The notes: generated by a model from the sequence alone, not told the origin. Shown: positions 16,770 through 27,361, counted from the first letter of the whole stretch. The stretch is DNA of 61,943 nucleotides, filler included, from an uncultured bacterium (GCA_964449065.1; 9 parts of 9 records of this genome joined end to end with filler, not necessarily neighbours in it); one strand, 5' to 3'. A program made the numbers and translations.

Positions 16770-16864
16770 TATAGCAATTCAGGTTTGTGTAGAGGTACAA
16801 AGCGTACATACAAGTACCATCTGGAAGCTAGTGCTACCCGGCTATTCAACTCCGAAACGCTCTA
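16770..16864 (+). mobile_element. MITE family B, 95 bp, copy 2
   Basis: TATAGCAATTCAGG...CGAAACGCTCTA; colinear with copies 1 and 3. Confidence 0.85.
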
Positions 16865-17056
16865 GTACATCGTCATACATGAAATGATGACCGCCTCGCC
16901 TTTGTTGCCCCTCTTGTTAAGGCTGAAGTTTACCCACAGCTATTATCAGTGTGTTGCCCTGTGTTATGTCAGAGTGCCCATTTGGAGCTTTTTCGTTATC
17001 TTTTTTTCGTTATCTAAAGCGGTGTTGCCAAAAATGCGTTCGGATTGGAATGAAGC

Positions 17057-17090
17057 GTACTTCCGGCTCGGCGGGAGCCTCGCCCTCCCA
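17057..17090 (+). repeat. REP-like repeat family C
   Basis: Matches 940-973; lies just inside a D-like end (CAGACTACTAG to 17126). Confidence 0.85.
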
Positions 17091-17135
17091 ATCCAACCCG
17101 ACATTTGGACTCTGTCAGACTACTAGGGCAGTGTC

Positions 17136-18059
17136 CTAGCGATTCTCCGTGAGTTCCATATAGGTTTCCGGACGGCGGTTGCGGAAGCGCCCTTCATAGC
17201 GGCTGGGACTTGTGTTGATTTCCGCGTAGACTACCTCATTGCTATTCGCCTGCGCTTCGATATCACCGGACCGGTTTATAATCAAGCTTTGGTAGGGATG
17301 CGAAAAAATCAACGGGAACCGGTTCTCATACGCGCGGGTTTGCAGCAAGCGGGTGTTCCAGCCATCGCCGTTGTCATAACTGCCGTACGATGGCAGCAGA
17401 AGCAGTTGTGCCCCCTTCACGGCAAGAATACGCGCCGGTTCGGGCAGTTGGCGGTCATAGCAAATGAGAATGCCCACTTTGCCGAATGGTGTATCAAAAA
17501 CCGGATATCCTTGCCCTGGAAGGTAGCAGCTTGGGTTAATGGAATACCCCTGCGCGAAGTGCGTCTTGCTGTACTTGGCGATGATATCCCCATCCGGGTC
17601 AATCATAATGACTGAGTTGTACAGCGTTTCTCCATCCTTTTCCAAAAATCCCAACACGAAAAAAATATTCAGCTCACGCGCCAGTATGATGGCTTTACTG
17701 ATATACTGCCCATCCAGCGGTTCGGCGAGTTTAATGAAGCGCTCAACAGCACCGGTTTTTTCTTTTTGAACAACACAAGCGTTTACTTCGTTGATGACAT
17801 AGCCATCCAATGCGCCTTCCGGGGTGACCACAACATCGGCGCCCCCCATTTCGGCGGCTTGGCGGGTGAGAGTTTCAATTCGCTGCCAATTGGCTTGTTT
17901 CCGCCACCGGTCCGGCAATACCGAAATGGACGCAACCCGTACCCGGGTAATGGATTGATCTTTTCCGCTGTATTTGTTTAGTGTAAGTTCCTTTGAGATT
18001 GCCGCATTGAATAATCCTGGGATCAAAACGAGCGTAAGCAGTACAAAACGGATTTTCAT
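17136..18059 (-). CDS. Carbon-nitrogen hydrolase (nitrilase superfamily) with signal peptide
   Basis: E-K-C triad contexts TPEG, YSKTH, ICYD; ATG 18059 with AGGAG RBS. Confidence 0.9.
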   Translation of the reverse strand: MKIRFVLLTLVLIPGLFNAAISKELTLNKYSGKDQSITRVRVASISVLPDRWRKQANWQRIETLTRQAAEMGGADVVVTPEGALDGYVINEVNACVVQKEKTGAVERFIKLAEPLDGQYISKAIILARELNIFFVLGFLEKDGETLYNSVIMIDPDGDIIAKYSKTHFAQGYSINPSCYLPGQGYPVFDTPFGKVGILICYDRQLPEPARILAVKGAQLLLLPSYGSYDNGDGWNTRLLQTRAYENRFPLIFSHPYQSLIINRSGDIEAQANSNEVVYAEINTSPSRYEGRFRNRRPETYMELTENR

Positions 18060-18211
18060 AATAGATCGTCTCCTAAATGGATTCAGAAAAAAACAGGCAA
18101 AACCATACCGAATTCCCGCAAAACTGGATAGAATCATAAGATTCTAACAAAAAACCCCGGCGATTTCAAATCAACCGGCTGGGGGTAAAGACGAAATGAG
18201 TTGTTGACTCA

Positions 18212-18973
18212 ATGAATCAACCGAATCCGAAGTTGCAGATAGATATTGAAGGATTTAGCGGTCCGTTAGACCTGCTGGTGCACTTAATCGTCAAGCACGA
18301 GATGGATATCACCACCATCCAACTGGCCCCCATCACCGATATGTTTTTGCAGGTAATTCAAGAGCAGGATCAAAAAGATTTGGATATGGCGGGTGAGTAT
18401 CTCATCCTGGCCTCTACTTTAATCCGCTTTAAATCGCGGGCATTGGTTCCCAAAGATGAATCCGAGCCGGAAGATGAAGAGCTGGCGGACCAACTGCTGG
18501 AAGAGCGCCGCAAAGAGTATGAACGCTTTCGTGCCTTGGCGGATGAACTGAAAGAGTGTGAAGAGCGCAGTTCGGCACTCTTCCCCCGCTTGGGCAAGCC
18601 GCCGGAAGGCAAGCGCGATGTCATCGAATTCGCCGATATCAGCATCTACGACTTGCAACAAACCTTCGCGAAGATATTGTCTGAAATCGGCGAACGCGAG
18701 CCGGGTTTGATTGAAGATGAAACCTATTCCGTTGATGAAAAAATACTGGAACTGGAAGCCTTGCTAGAACACAACAAACGTATTGTGCTCACGCAATATT
18801 TGCGTTCCAAAACATCGAAGATAGAAGTCATCGTCATCTTTTTAGCGTTGCTGGAAATGATCCGCCTGCGGGAAGTAAAAGCCGTGCAGGATAAAGTACA
18901 CGGCGAAATCATATTAGAACAAGCCGAAAAGAAACTCCACGTCGGCGTCGAACTCGATTCGGATGAATCCTAA
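18212..18973 (+). CDS. scpA: Segregation and condensation protein A
   Basis: F.GPLDLL..LI, EYL.LA.TL...KSR.L.P, FLALLE motifs. Confidence 0.95.
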   Translation: MNQPNPKLQIDIEGFSGPLDLLVHLIVKHEMDITTIQLAPITDMFLQVIQEQDQKDLDMAGEYLILASTLIRFKSRALVPKDESEPEDEELADQLLEERRKEYERFRALADELKECEERSSALFPRLGKPPEGKRDVIEFADISIYDLQQTFAKILSEIGEREPGLIEDETYSVDEKILELEALLEHNKRIVLTQYLRSKTSKIEVIVIFLALLEMIRLREVKAVQDKVHGEIILEQAEKKLHVGVELDSDES

Positions 18974-19001
18974 TTTAGGTTGAGGGAAGTGAAACAGAAG
19001 C

Positions 19002-19697
19002 ATGGAACAAGAACAATTATCCTCCGTGATTGAAGCGTTAATCTTCGTATCCGGCGACCCGCTTCCGCCACGGCGTTTGGCCGATTTGCTGGAAGTCCGC
19101 ATGGAAGAAATTGAATCGGCAATCGAATTGCTGGAAACCCACCTCGATGAATCCGGTTCCGGCATGCAGATCATGGAAGTCGCCGGCGGTTATCAACTGC
19201 GTACGCGCCCTGTTCACAGCGAATATGTCAACCGCTTTTTAGAGCGCAAGCGCAAACAAACCTTAAGCAGTGCCGCGTTAGAAGCCTTGGCCATCATTGC
19301 CTACAAACAGCCGATTACCCGCGCGGAAATCGAAGCGATCCGCGGGGTTGGTGTTGACGGAGTACTGAAATCCTTGTTGGATAAGAAGTTGGTAAAAATT
19401 ACGGGGGTAAAGGAGGTTCCCGGACGGCCCAATCTGTATGGAACCACCAAAACCTTTCTAGAGTATTTCGGCATCAATTCCCTTAAAGACCTGCCGCCGA
19501 TCGAAGACATCACACAAACCTTTCCGGCACAGGCAGGAGCAGTAGAAGACAATGAATCAACCCATGAAGCCCAATCCGAACAGTCCCAAGAATCCACAGA
19601 CCGGCAAGAAGATGAGCCGGACAACACTGCCGAAGAAAAACCGTCGGTCGAAGTCGAGGGGGAAGAATCTCAAAGCGGTACTGAATCAAAAGGATGA
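19002..19697 (+). CDS. scpB: Segregation and condensation protein B
   Basis: IEALIF, VAGGYQLRT, LS.AALE.LAIIAYKQPITRAEIEAIRGV, GRP.LYGTT. Confidence 0.97.
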   Translation: MEQEQLSSVIEALIFVSGDPLPPRRLADLLEVRMEEIESAIELLETHLDESGSGMQIMEVAGGYQLRTRPVHSEYVNRFLERKRKQTLSSAALEALAIIAYKQPITRAEIEAIRGVGVDGVLKSLLDKKLVKITGVKEVPGRPNLYGTTKTFLEYFGINSLKDLPPIEDITQTFPAQAGAVEDNESTHEAQSEQSQESTDRQEDEPDNTAEEKPSVEVEGEESQSGTESKG

Positions 19698-20466
19698 AGA
19701 AGGCAGCATCCGCCTAAACCGCCTGATCGCCCGCCATGGTGTTTGTTCCCGCCGCAAAGCGGATGAATGGATTGAGCAGGGGCGTGTTGCAATAGACGGG
19801 GTGATTTGCAAGCAGGTCGGCATTGCCATCAAGCCGGAAGACCACACGGTCACGATAGACGGCAAAATTTTGGATGCCCCTCCCCCGTTGATATATCTCG
19901 CGTTTCACAAACCTAAGGGCGTGGTAACCACCAAGCATGATCCGCAGGGCAGGGTGACGGTGATGGAACTGCTGCCGAAAGATTATGTGAGGATGGGGGT
20001 CTTTCCGGTCGGGCGTTTGGACCGCGATTCAGAAGGGCTTATTCTCTTAACCAACGACGGCGAATGGAGCAAGAAACTGCAGCACCCCCGCCATCAGGTA
20101 TGGAAAAAATATTTGGTGGAGGTGGATCAACTTTTGAATCAAAACGCCATCAACCGATTGGAAAAGGGCATGATGCTCGACGGCAGAAAAACGCTCCCCG
20201 CCAAGGTACAGCCCAAACGCTTTAAAGGCAAATTGAGCAAAAAATTTATTTTGGAAATCCGCGAAGGCCGCAACCGCCAGGTGCGGCGCATGTGTAAAAA
20301 AACCGGAATGCAGGTAAAATCGTTAAAGCGGATTGGGATTGGAAATGTCGCACTGGGCAAGTTACAACCCGGTGAATGCCGCCGCCTAAGCGGTAAAGAA
20401 GCCGCGGAGATCGCTGACACCCCCAAACGGGAAACCAAACCGAAACCAGCGGAGGAGAAGGCATGA
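19552..20466 (+). CDS. rluB: rRNA pseudouridine synthase (RluB/RsuA family); start uncertain (19552, 19564 or 19612)
   Basis: S4 domain RLN.LIA..G.CSRRKADE; GRLDRDSEGL; EGRNRQVRRM; scpAB-rluB synteny. Confidence 0.9.
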   Translation: MNQPMKPNPNSPKNPQTGKKMSRTTLPKKNRRSKSRGKNLKAVLNQKDEEGSIRLNRLIARHGVCSRRKADEWIEQGRVAIDGVICKQVGIAIKPEDHTVTIDGKILDAPPPLIYLAFHKPKGVVTTKHDPQGRVTVMELLPKDYVRMGVFPVGRLDRDSEGLILLTNDGEWSKKLQHPRHQVWKKYLVEVDQLLNQNAINRLEKGMMLDGRKTLPAKVQPKRFKGKLSKKFILEIREGRNRQVRRMCKKTGMQVKSLKRIGIGNVALGKLQPGECRRLSGKEAAEIADTPKRETKPKPAEEKA

Positions 20467-20651
20467 ACGCGCAAGCCATCATCCTATTCGCCATCGTAAT
20501 TTTCTTGATCGCAAGCGGACTCCTCCCCTGCTGGCGAAGTAATTTGCAATTTGGGATGAAACTGTTTTGGAGCGTAATCATTCTAGTCTTGCCCGGGGTG
20601 GGAACACTATTCTATTTCGGTTACAAGGATCAATTGAATGAACTTCAATAA
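20463..20651 (+). CDS. Small membrane protein, PLDc N-terminal-like
   Basis: Two TM helices; K..W...I...P..G...YF; ATGA overlap and GGAGGAG RBS. Confidence 0.7.
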   Translation: MNAQAIILFAIVIFLIASGLLPCWRSNLQFGMKLFWSVIILVLPGVGTLFYFGYKDQLNELQ

Positions 20652-20653
20652 TC

Positions 20654-20750
20654 TAGTAGTCTGTCAGTCAAAAAATGGCGGCTGGCTATCCGTTGTCCCC
20701 CCTTGTTAAGGGGGGCTAGGGGGGATCAATACCCGTCAATAAAACGTTGA
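20654..20750 (-). mobile_element. MITE family D copy, cut by contig end
   Basis: Reverse-complement homologue of 4406-4512. Confidence 0.8.
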
Positions 20751-20850
20751 NNNNNNNNNNNNNNNNNNNNNNNNNNNNNNNNNNNNNNNNNNNNTTAATT
20801 AATTAANNNNNNNNNNNNNNNNNNNNNNNNNNNNNNNNNNNNNNNNNNNN

Positions 20851-21995
20851 AAGAACCCATTGGCGTTAAGGCCAGCCGTGTTACGACCAATATATCCCTT
20901 CCCGGCCGTTATATCGTCTTGTTGCCGTGTACCAATCATATCGGGGTATCGCGCAAAATTGACGAAGAACCGCAACGGGACCGGTTGATTGAGACGGTAT
21001 CCAAACTGGTGCCGGACGGGATGGGAGCGATTGTCCGTACCGCGGCGCAAGAATGCACGGAAGATGATTTTCGCCAAGATTTAGCCTTTTTGGTGGAAGA
21101 ATGGCATAAAATTCAAAAACGGGCGGATGCGGTCTCGGCGCCGGCGGAAATTTATAACAATCCCAGCACAGTGTTTCAGTTTATTCGGGATATGATCTCG
21201 GATGATTTGGAAGAAGTGGTGATCGATGAGCCGACGTTGTATTCGGAAGTTATGGAGTATTTGAAGGAAATTGATACATCCTTGTCATACCGTGTCACGT
21301 ATTACGATGAAACCACTCCGATGTTTTACGCGTACGGCATGGATTCGGAAATTCAGAAATTGCGCTCCAAAAAGGTGTGGCTGCAAAGCGGCGGCTATAT
21401 TATTATAGAAGAAACCGAAGCCATGACCGTCATCGATGTGAACACGGGACGCTATTTGGGCAAACACAATTTAGAAGAAACCGTGTTTAAAACCAATATC
21501 GAGTCTGCGACAGAAATCGCTTTGCAGTTGCGGCTGCGGGATATCGGCGGGATTATCATTATCGACTTCATTGATATGGTAGAAGCAGACCACCGGTTTG
21601 CGCTGATCGAACACTTTTCCGAATTGGTGAAAAAAGACCGGTCACGCTGCAATTTGTATCCCTTAACCGAACTGGGGTTGCTGCAAATGACCCGCAAGCG
21701 GGTGCGAAAAAGTTTGAACCGAATGATCACGCAGTCGTGCCCCTATTGCAAACGGGATGGATCGATCTTATCGACCGAAACGATGATGATTAATACCTTC
21801 CGGACGTTTGAAGAAATTTGCCACGAAGACAATGTGGAAAAAGTGACTTTGCGGGTACATCCAAGAGTCGTGAAAAAAATTCAAGAAGAAAAAAAACAGG
21901 AAGTGGAACGCCTGCAAGCAAAATACGATGTGGAATTGGAGATTTTGGCGGGCGACGATTTGCACTTCGAACAGATTATCGAGGAAATTCAGTGA
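20851..21995 (+). CDS. rng: Rne/Rng-family ribonuclease, 5'-truncated
   Basis: Frame open from contig start (EPIGVKASRVTTNISLPGRY); TEAMTVIDVNTG, LRLRDIGGIIIIDFIDM, CPYC. Confidence 0.93.
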
Positions 21996-22936
21996 GTATT
22001 CCTTCCGAAAAAATGCGGTCTCTCATGACAGAGAAACGCAATCCCAACACCATGGATATAGACCGGCTTTCCACCCGGGAGGTATTGGAGCGGATTCATC
22101 AAGAAGATTACGCCGCGTTTCAAGCGGTGGATGGTGCGGTCGGGGAAATCGAACAAGTGGTTGATTTTGTGGTGAACGCGTTTGAAAACGGCGGCCGCTT
22201 GATCTATGTCGGTGCCGGTACCAGCGGTCGGCTGGGCGTGTTGGATGCAGCGGAATGCCCGCCAACCTATGGAACGGATCCAGAGATGGTGCAGGGCATT
22301 ATTGCCGGGGGGTGGACCGCGCTGCGCCGCTCGGTGGAGCGGGCGGAGGATTTTCCGGAAGATGGAGCAAAGGCCGTTCGGGAAAAAGAAGTGGGCGGGA
22401 ACGATGTTGTTACAGGAATCGCGGCATCCAGTACGACCCCATTTGTGATTGGCGCACTGAAAGAGGCTCACCGATTGGGGGCGAAAACCGCTTTCATCAC
22501 CTGCAATCCCAATCCGGATACAATCCCGGAAGCCGATGTGATTATTGTATTGCCGGTGGGACCGGAAGTTGTAACGGGATCGACGCGGATGAAAGCGGGA
22601 ACGGCAACCAAACTGGTTTTGAATATGATCACAACCACCGCGATGATTCGCATCGGAAAAGTGTATGAAAATTTAATGATTGATGTCAATGCTACATGCA
22701 ATAAATTGGATGATCGTTCCAGACGAATCGTGGAAATGGTTACAGGGGTATCTTATGAAGAGGCGGACCGGTTGGTACGCGAGGCGAACGGTAAAGTGAA
22801 AACCGCATTGGTGATGTATTTTTGTGGGTGCAGCCGGGAAGACGCGGAACAATTTATTGAACAATCCAACGGCCGGATTCAAGATGTTTTGAGGGGAAAT
22901 AGAAAGGCTGGAGACGTATTCTCATCAATGGGATGA
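21992..22936 (+). CDS. murQ: N-acetylmuramic acid 6-phosphate etherase
   Basis: TEKRNP, GAGTSGRLGVLDAAECPPT, GPEVVTGSTRMKAGTATK. Confidence 0.96.
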   Translation: MSIPSEKMRSLMTEKRNPNTMDIDRLSTREVLERIHQEDYAAFQAVDGAVGEIEQVVDFVVNAFENGGRLIYVGAGTSGRLGVLDAAECPPTYGTDPEMVQGIIAGGWTALRRSVERAEDFPEDGAKAVREKEVGGNDVVTGIAASSTTPFVIGALKEAHRLGAKTAFITCNPNPDTIPEADVIIVLPVGPEVVTGSTRMKAGTATKLVLNMITTTAMIRIGKVYENLMIDVNATCNKLDDRSRRIVEMVTGVSYEEADRLVREANGKVKTALVMYFCGCSREDAEQFIEQSNGRIQDVLRGNRKAGDVFSSMG

Positions 22937-23099
22937 AATCGGCTCGAAACTGATCTATCATTTCTTTTCAAATCGTGAAAAAGTGTTATTGTTTATTGTT
23001 CTTGTAAATGCTATACTTAGGAAACGCATGACCAAGTTTGGTAATATCTTACAGATTGCTTTCAAGATGGATATTCATTTTTTTCGGTAGGCGGCGGCG

Positions 23100-23606
23100 A
23101 TGGATCGTGTAAGATTATCCTATAATATTGCCCGAATTCGTAAACAGATATTTTCCATTGTGGCGTTTTCCGGTTTTGCCGCGGTGTTGGTTGCAACCAT
23201 AATTGGGCATGGTTTTGATATGTACACGTTGTTTATCCATTCTGGAATAGCGGTTCTGGTTTTTGGAACTTCCGGCTATTTGTTGGGGAATTTTTATCAA
23301 TGGATTGTGGAAGAGCCGTTGATTGAGTCATACCGTGAAGAGGCAAAGCAGCGCATTGAAGAGTTGAAAAACGCCAGTCCGCAGCGTGTTGTACTGGAAC
23401 TGTCGGTGGGAGAATTGCAGCCCGGTTTAAAGTCGATTGAAACGGTAAACAACAAAGAAGGGGCGTTGATGGTTCGTGCCGGTGCGGTGTTGAATGACCG
23501 CATTATTAAATTGCTGCGCGAGAATAACATCGAAAAAATTAAGGTCGAAGGCCAGAAGAACATTTCTACCGAAGCGCGTGTGGCGCAGCAAATGCAAAAC
23601 ATTTAG
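23100..23606 (+). CDS. Hypothetical two-TM membrane protein upstream of fliA
   Basis: Two hydrophobic segments plus cytoplasmic domain; TGcTATACT upstream. Confidence 0.7.
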   Translation: MDRVRLSYNIARIRKQIFSIVAFSGFAAVLVATIIGHGFDMYTLFIHSGIAVLVFGTSGYLLGNFYQWIVEEPLIESYREEAKQRIEELKNASPQRVVLELSVGELQPGLKSIETVNNKEGALMVRAGAVLNDRIIKLLRENNIEKIKVEGQKNISTEARVAQQMQNI

Positions 23607-23638
23607 GCGGTTTGATTTTGGCGGTAGAAGGGTAAAGG

Positions 23639-24457
23639 ATGTACATGCGCTATTATAATGCTCAAACACAAAAAATTTCCGATGAAGAAGAACGGCTGCT
23701 TTGGATTGAATTTTGCAAAAGCGGTTCTTTGGATGCCCGGGAAAAACTCGCCGAAAAATACATTCATCTTGTGAAATATGTCATCAACCGAATGCTCGCT
23801 GTTTCGCATATCGAAAGCGAAGTATTGGATTATGATGATTTGTATTCTTGTGGCGTAATGGGGCTTTTAAGCGCAATCGATAACTTTGATTTGGGCCGGG
23901 AAGTGAAGTTTGTGACCTATGCCATTCCCCGTATAAAAGGCGCCATTATCGATGAGTTGCGGTCAGTGGATTGGATTCCCAGATCATTGCGTCAGCAAGT
24001 GAATCAACTGCAACATGCGTTTGCCGAATTAGAAGGAAAATTGCAGCGTCCCGCAAATGAAGTTGAAATCGCCGAAAAATTGGGGGTGGAGGTATCGGAT
24101 CTGCATCAGCTTATCCATCATGCCAGCCGCTCGACTTTACTTTCGCTTGACGAAGTGTTACGGGTTTCGGAGGACGGATCATCCACCCGCGCGGATGTAA
24201 CCCCTTCGAAGAAAATTGATGATCCCCGTGACCAAATTCATCAAGAAGAAATTGTCGAACTGCTTACCCTTGCGATTGAAGGCCTGCCGGAAAAAGAACG
24301 GTTGGTTGTGGTTATGTATTATAACGAAGAACTAACCCTTCGTGAAATCGGCGAAGTGTTGGGCGTGACAGAATCGCGTGTTTGCCAATTGCATACCAAA
24401 GCGATGCTTCGTCTTCGCGGTAAACTGACAGCCTGGCAGCAGGATTTGGTTGTGTAA
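23639..24457 (+). CDS. fliA: FliA/WhiG-family sigma factor
   Basis: KF.TYA..RIKGAIIDELR..DWIPRS; YY.EELTLREIGEVLGVTESRVCQLH. Confidence 0.95.
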   Translation: MYMRYYNAQTQKISDEEERLLWIEFCKSGSLDAREKLAEKYIHLVKYVINRMLAVSHIESEVLDYDDLYSCGVMGLLSAIDNFDLGREVKFVTYAIPRIKGAIIDELRSVDWIPRSLRQQVNQLQHAFAELEGKLQRPANEVEIAEKLGVEVSDLHQLIHHASRSTLLSLDEVLRVSEDGSSTRADVTPSKKIDDPRDQIHQEEIVELLTLAIEGLPEKERLVVVMYYNEELTLREIGEVLGVTESRVCQLHTKAMLRLRGKLTAWQQDLVV

Positions 24458-24544
24458 TGTTGTTGGTTTTGTGATAATAGATTACAATAGAATGAGAATT
24501 GCGATGCAGTCCGGCAATTCAATCTTTATTGTGGAGATGAGGTC

Positions 24545-24871
24545 ATGAACCTTTCTGATCTGCAAAACCCGATTGCCAATATGCCGCATGTGCAGCAAAT
24601 GCGTGCCGGACAGGAGTCCAATCTACACCAAGTTCCTGTGTATCTTGCCAACCAGTTGGAAGAAGAGACGGAAGAAAAGTTAACCACCGTTCGTGAATCC
24701 AACGAAGAGGAAGAAAGCGACAACATTCGGGACGAAGAAGAACGCGGCGGCAAAGGCCGCGGGCGTATGTCGCGGCGGGCCAAACCATCCGAAGATGACG
24801 AAGAAAATGAAAAAGTTCCCGCCCGTCTGAGCGATGGTATTCATGGCTTTCATTTGGATATTCAAGCATAA
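24545..24871 (+). CDS. Hypothetical charged protein of the type found downstream of fliA
   Basis: DLQ...V.Q N-terminus; C-terminal G..LDI motif. Confidence 0.65.
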   Translation: MNLSDLQNPIANMPHVQQMRAGQESNLHQVPVYLANQLEEETEEKLTTVRESNEEEESDNIRDEEERGGKGRGRMSRRAKPSEDDEENEKVPARLSDGIHGFHLDIQA

Positions 24872-24946
24872 TGTTTACGTTAGTTTCCAGCAAATTTACG
24901 TTTGCTTACTCATCCACTTGAATGGAGTGGTGAGGGTTGAGGAACC

Positions 24947-25429
24947 ATGTCGATTATTGAACTCCTGCTCATACTGATCAATGTGGGATTGTTGTTGTGG
25001 ATTATTCAACTCAAATCCCGCGTATCTTCCATAGAAATGGAACTGGACTGCCAGCCGCCTGAACAAGAATCGTTATCCCCCGATGATTTGAAGCAAGTCC
25101 GCGCTTCCATGAATGAATTGGTATACGAGATTGAAGGATTCACCGAAGATCAAATGCGGCGAATTACCCAGCAGATGTCGATCTTGCAGGGAATGGTTTC
25201 GCGGATTGAAAAGGCGGAACAGGAACGCCGTGAACAGGAACTGATGGAACTGCGTAAACAACAGCAAGCACCGCGCGTGGTACCGCTTTCGCCTTCTCAA
25301 CTGGGCGGTACACATAAAGAGAAAGACCGAATTATTGAATTGTATGAAAAGGGGTGGAGCGTTGACAAGATTGCGGAAGACTTACGCATCACCCGCAGCG
25401 AAGTCCAGCTGGTGGTCAATCTAGCTTAA
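24947..25429 (+). CDS. DUF2802/DUF6115-like membrane-anchored coiled-coil protein with C-terminal HTH
   Basis: N-terminal TM; I..LY..G.SV..IA..L.I...EV.LV..L. Confidence 0.75.
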   Translation: MSIIELLLILINVGLLLWIIQLKSRVSSIEMELDCQPPEQESLSPDDLKQVRASMNELVYEIEGFTEDQMRRITQQMSILQGMVSRIEKAEQERREQELMELRKQQQAPRVVPLSPSQLGGTHKEKDRIIELYEKGWSVDKIAEDLRITRSEVQLVVNLA

Positions 25430-25519
25430 CATAATTCTAACCGTAAAAACTTGCTTTCCTATCTAACATCCTTCAAAATACAAACATCTAAAAGTTAAAA
25501 CAATTCTAAGGAGATTACT

Positions 25520-27352
25520 ATGTTTTCAACCGCGAAGAATGTTCTATTTTTATGTTTCGCTGTGGGCTTGTTTATCCCGTCCGGATACGCTCACATTGAT
25601 GGGATGGCATCTGTACATGATACGGTTGTGGAGATCAAGCGGCGCTTGATCAAAGAGTTCAATCCGGATGAACTGGTGGAACTCAACCGCGATACCATCA
25701 TGGAATTCATCACAGATGACGAAAAGCGTGTGTTGAGCGAGGGGCATATACGGATGAGCGTTAATGTGCCGGTCAATGTGATTGTGTTAAAAGATCCGGG
25801 ATTGGGTGAAGATCCGTTTTGGTTAAAGAGCCGGGGATTTGAACCGGCTGGTATTCAGATTGAGTTTGGCGGGGATGAATATGAAGGCTGGAAAACCCAA
25901 ATGGATGCCGGTCGCATCGGTTTTGGTGTCAACTCGCTTCGGGGCGGGGGAGAGCATTATTTGATCGCATTGAGTCCGCAAAACCCGGAAGATCGGTTGG
26001 AAATCTCCAAACCATATCCGGGACAATGCCGTATTCAAACCGCGAAAGAAGTAGAAGTGTATGTTCAGCGTTGGGACGGTTCGTTTTCGTTGCCCGATGC
26101 TTTGCAAGAGACCACCATCGTGATGGCAGGCAGCGGCGACTGGGAGGACAACGCCAACCTGACACGCACCTTCCGCAAGACCCGCTTTCCCGCGAAAACG
26201 ATGCCGGATCAAATCGTACTGACCTGGAGCGACGACCCCAAAACCACGCAAACGGTTCAATGGCGTACGAGTAAAGAGGTCACAACCGGCAAAGTTAAGT
26301 ACATCAAGAAATCCGAGTATAACCGTTTTAATCCATCAGAACCGAAAATGGTGAATGCCCGGTCTGAAGAATTGGAAACCTTGGATATCGTAAACGATCC
26401 ATTGTGTTTTCGCCATTATGCAACGATTACCGGTTTAGAGCCGGATACCACGTACTTGTATTCCGTCGGCGATGCGGACGGCAAGTATTGGAGCGGGATG
26501 GCAGAATTCACTACGGCTCCTGACCGGGTAAAACCGTTCTCTTTCGTGTATTTGGGAGACGCGCAGAATGGACTGGACCGCTGGGGAACCCTGGTACATA
26601 ACGCGTTTCGCCACCGTCCGGACGCGGATTTTTATGTGATGGTAGGCGATTTGGTGAACGTAGGAAATGAACGCTGGGATTGGGATGATTTCTTTTATAA
26701 CGCCGACGGTGTTTATAACAACCGCCAGCTGGTGCCTGCCATCGGAAACCATGAGGATCAGGGTCCGGGGCCGTGGATGTATTTGCGGATGTTTGATCTT
26801 CCCAAAAACGGGCCGGAGAATATTGAAGCGGAACGGGCGTATTCCTTTGAATACAGCAACGCGTTGTTTGTCATTTTGGATACGAACCTGGAGCCGGAAG
26901 ACCAAACAGAGTGGTTGGAAGAACAACTGAAAAACAGCGATGCGTTATGGAAGTTTGTGGTGTATCATCACCCCGCGTATTCTTCCTCACCCAACCGCAA
27001 CAATCCGGAAGTGCGTGAGCACTGGGTGCCGTTGTTTGATAAATACAAAGTGGATATGTGTTTGCAAGGTCATGATCATGCGTATTTGCGAACCTACCCA
27101 ATGAAGGGCGGCGAGCCGCAAAAAGACGGTGGAGACGGAACCATATATATTGTATCGGTATCCGGTACCAAAATGTATGAGCAGGGCGATTTTGACTACA
27201 AGGAATTCGGAATGACCAATGTTTCTACATATCAAACCCTCGATATCCAATTGATCGGTGACCGGATGATCTATCGCTCGTATGATATTTTGGGCAATTT
27301 GCGCGATGATTTCATCATCGAGAAAAGCGATTGGCGGGGGAATGCGAAGTAG
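25520..27352 (+). CDS. Secreted purple-acid-phosphatase-like metallophosphoesterase with FN3-like domain
   Basis: GDAQ, GDLV, GNHE, HHPAYS, GHDH motifs; TGLEPDTTYLYSVG. Confidence 0.92.
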   Translation: MFSTAKNVLFLCFAVGLFIPSGYAHIDGMASVHDTVVEIKRRLIKEFNPDELVELNRDTIMEFITDDEKRVLSEGHIRMSVNVPVNVIVLKDPGLGEDPFWLKSRGFEPAGIQIEFGGDEYEGWKTQMDAGRIGFGVNSLRGGGEHYLIALSPQNPEDRLEISKPYPGQCRIQTAKEVEVYVQRWDGSFSLPDALQETTIVMAGSGDWEDNANLTRTFRKTRFPAKTMPDQIVLTWSDDPKTTQTVQWRTSKEVTTGKVKYIKKSEYNRFNPSEPKMVNARSEELETLDIVNDPLCFRHYATITGLEPDTTYLYSVGDADGKYWSGMAEFTTAPDRVKPFSFVYLGDAQNGLDRWGTLVHNAFRHRPDADFYVMVGDLVNVGNERWDWDDFFYNADGVYNNRQLVPAIGNHEDQGPGPWMYLRMFDLPKNGPENIEAERAYSFEYSNALFVILDTNLEPEDQTEWLEEQLKNSDALWKFVVYHHPAYSSSPNRNNPEVREHWVPLFDKYKVDMCLQGHDHAYLRTYPMKGGEPQKDGGDGTIYIVSVSGTKMYEQGDFDYKEFGMTNVSTYQTLDIQLIGDRMIYRSYDILGNLRDDFIIEKSDWRGNAK

Positions 27353-27361
27353 TAGACCGCA

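Noticed and set aside
16884..17139. Short ORFs overlapping repeats (also 4175-4381, 13398-13646, 29962-30156)
   Set aside because: Translations of repeat DNA with no RBS or recognisable domain.
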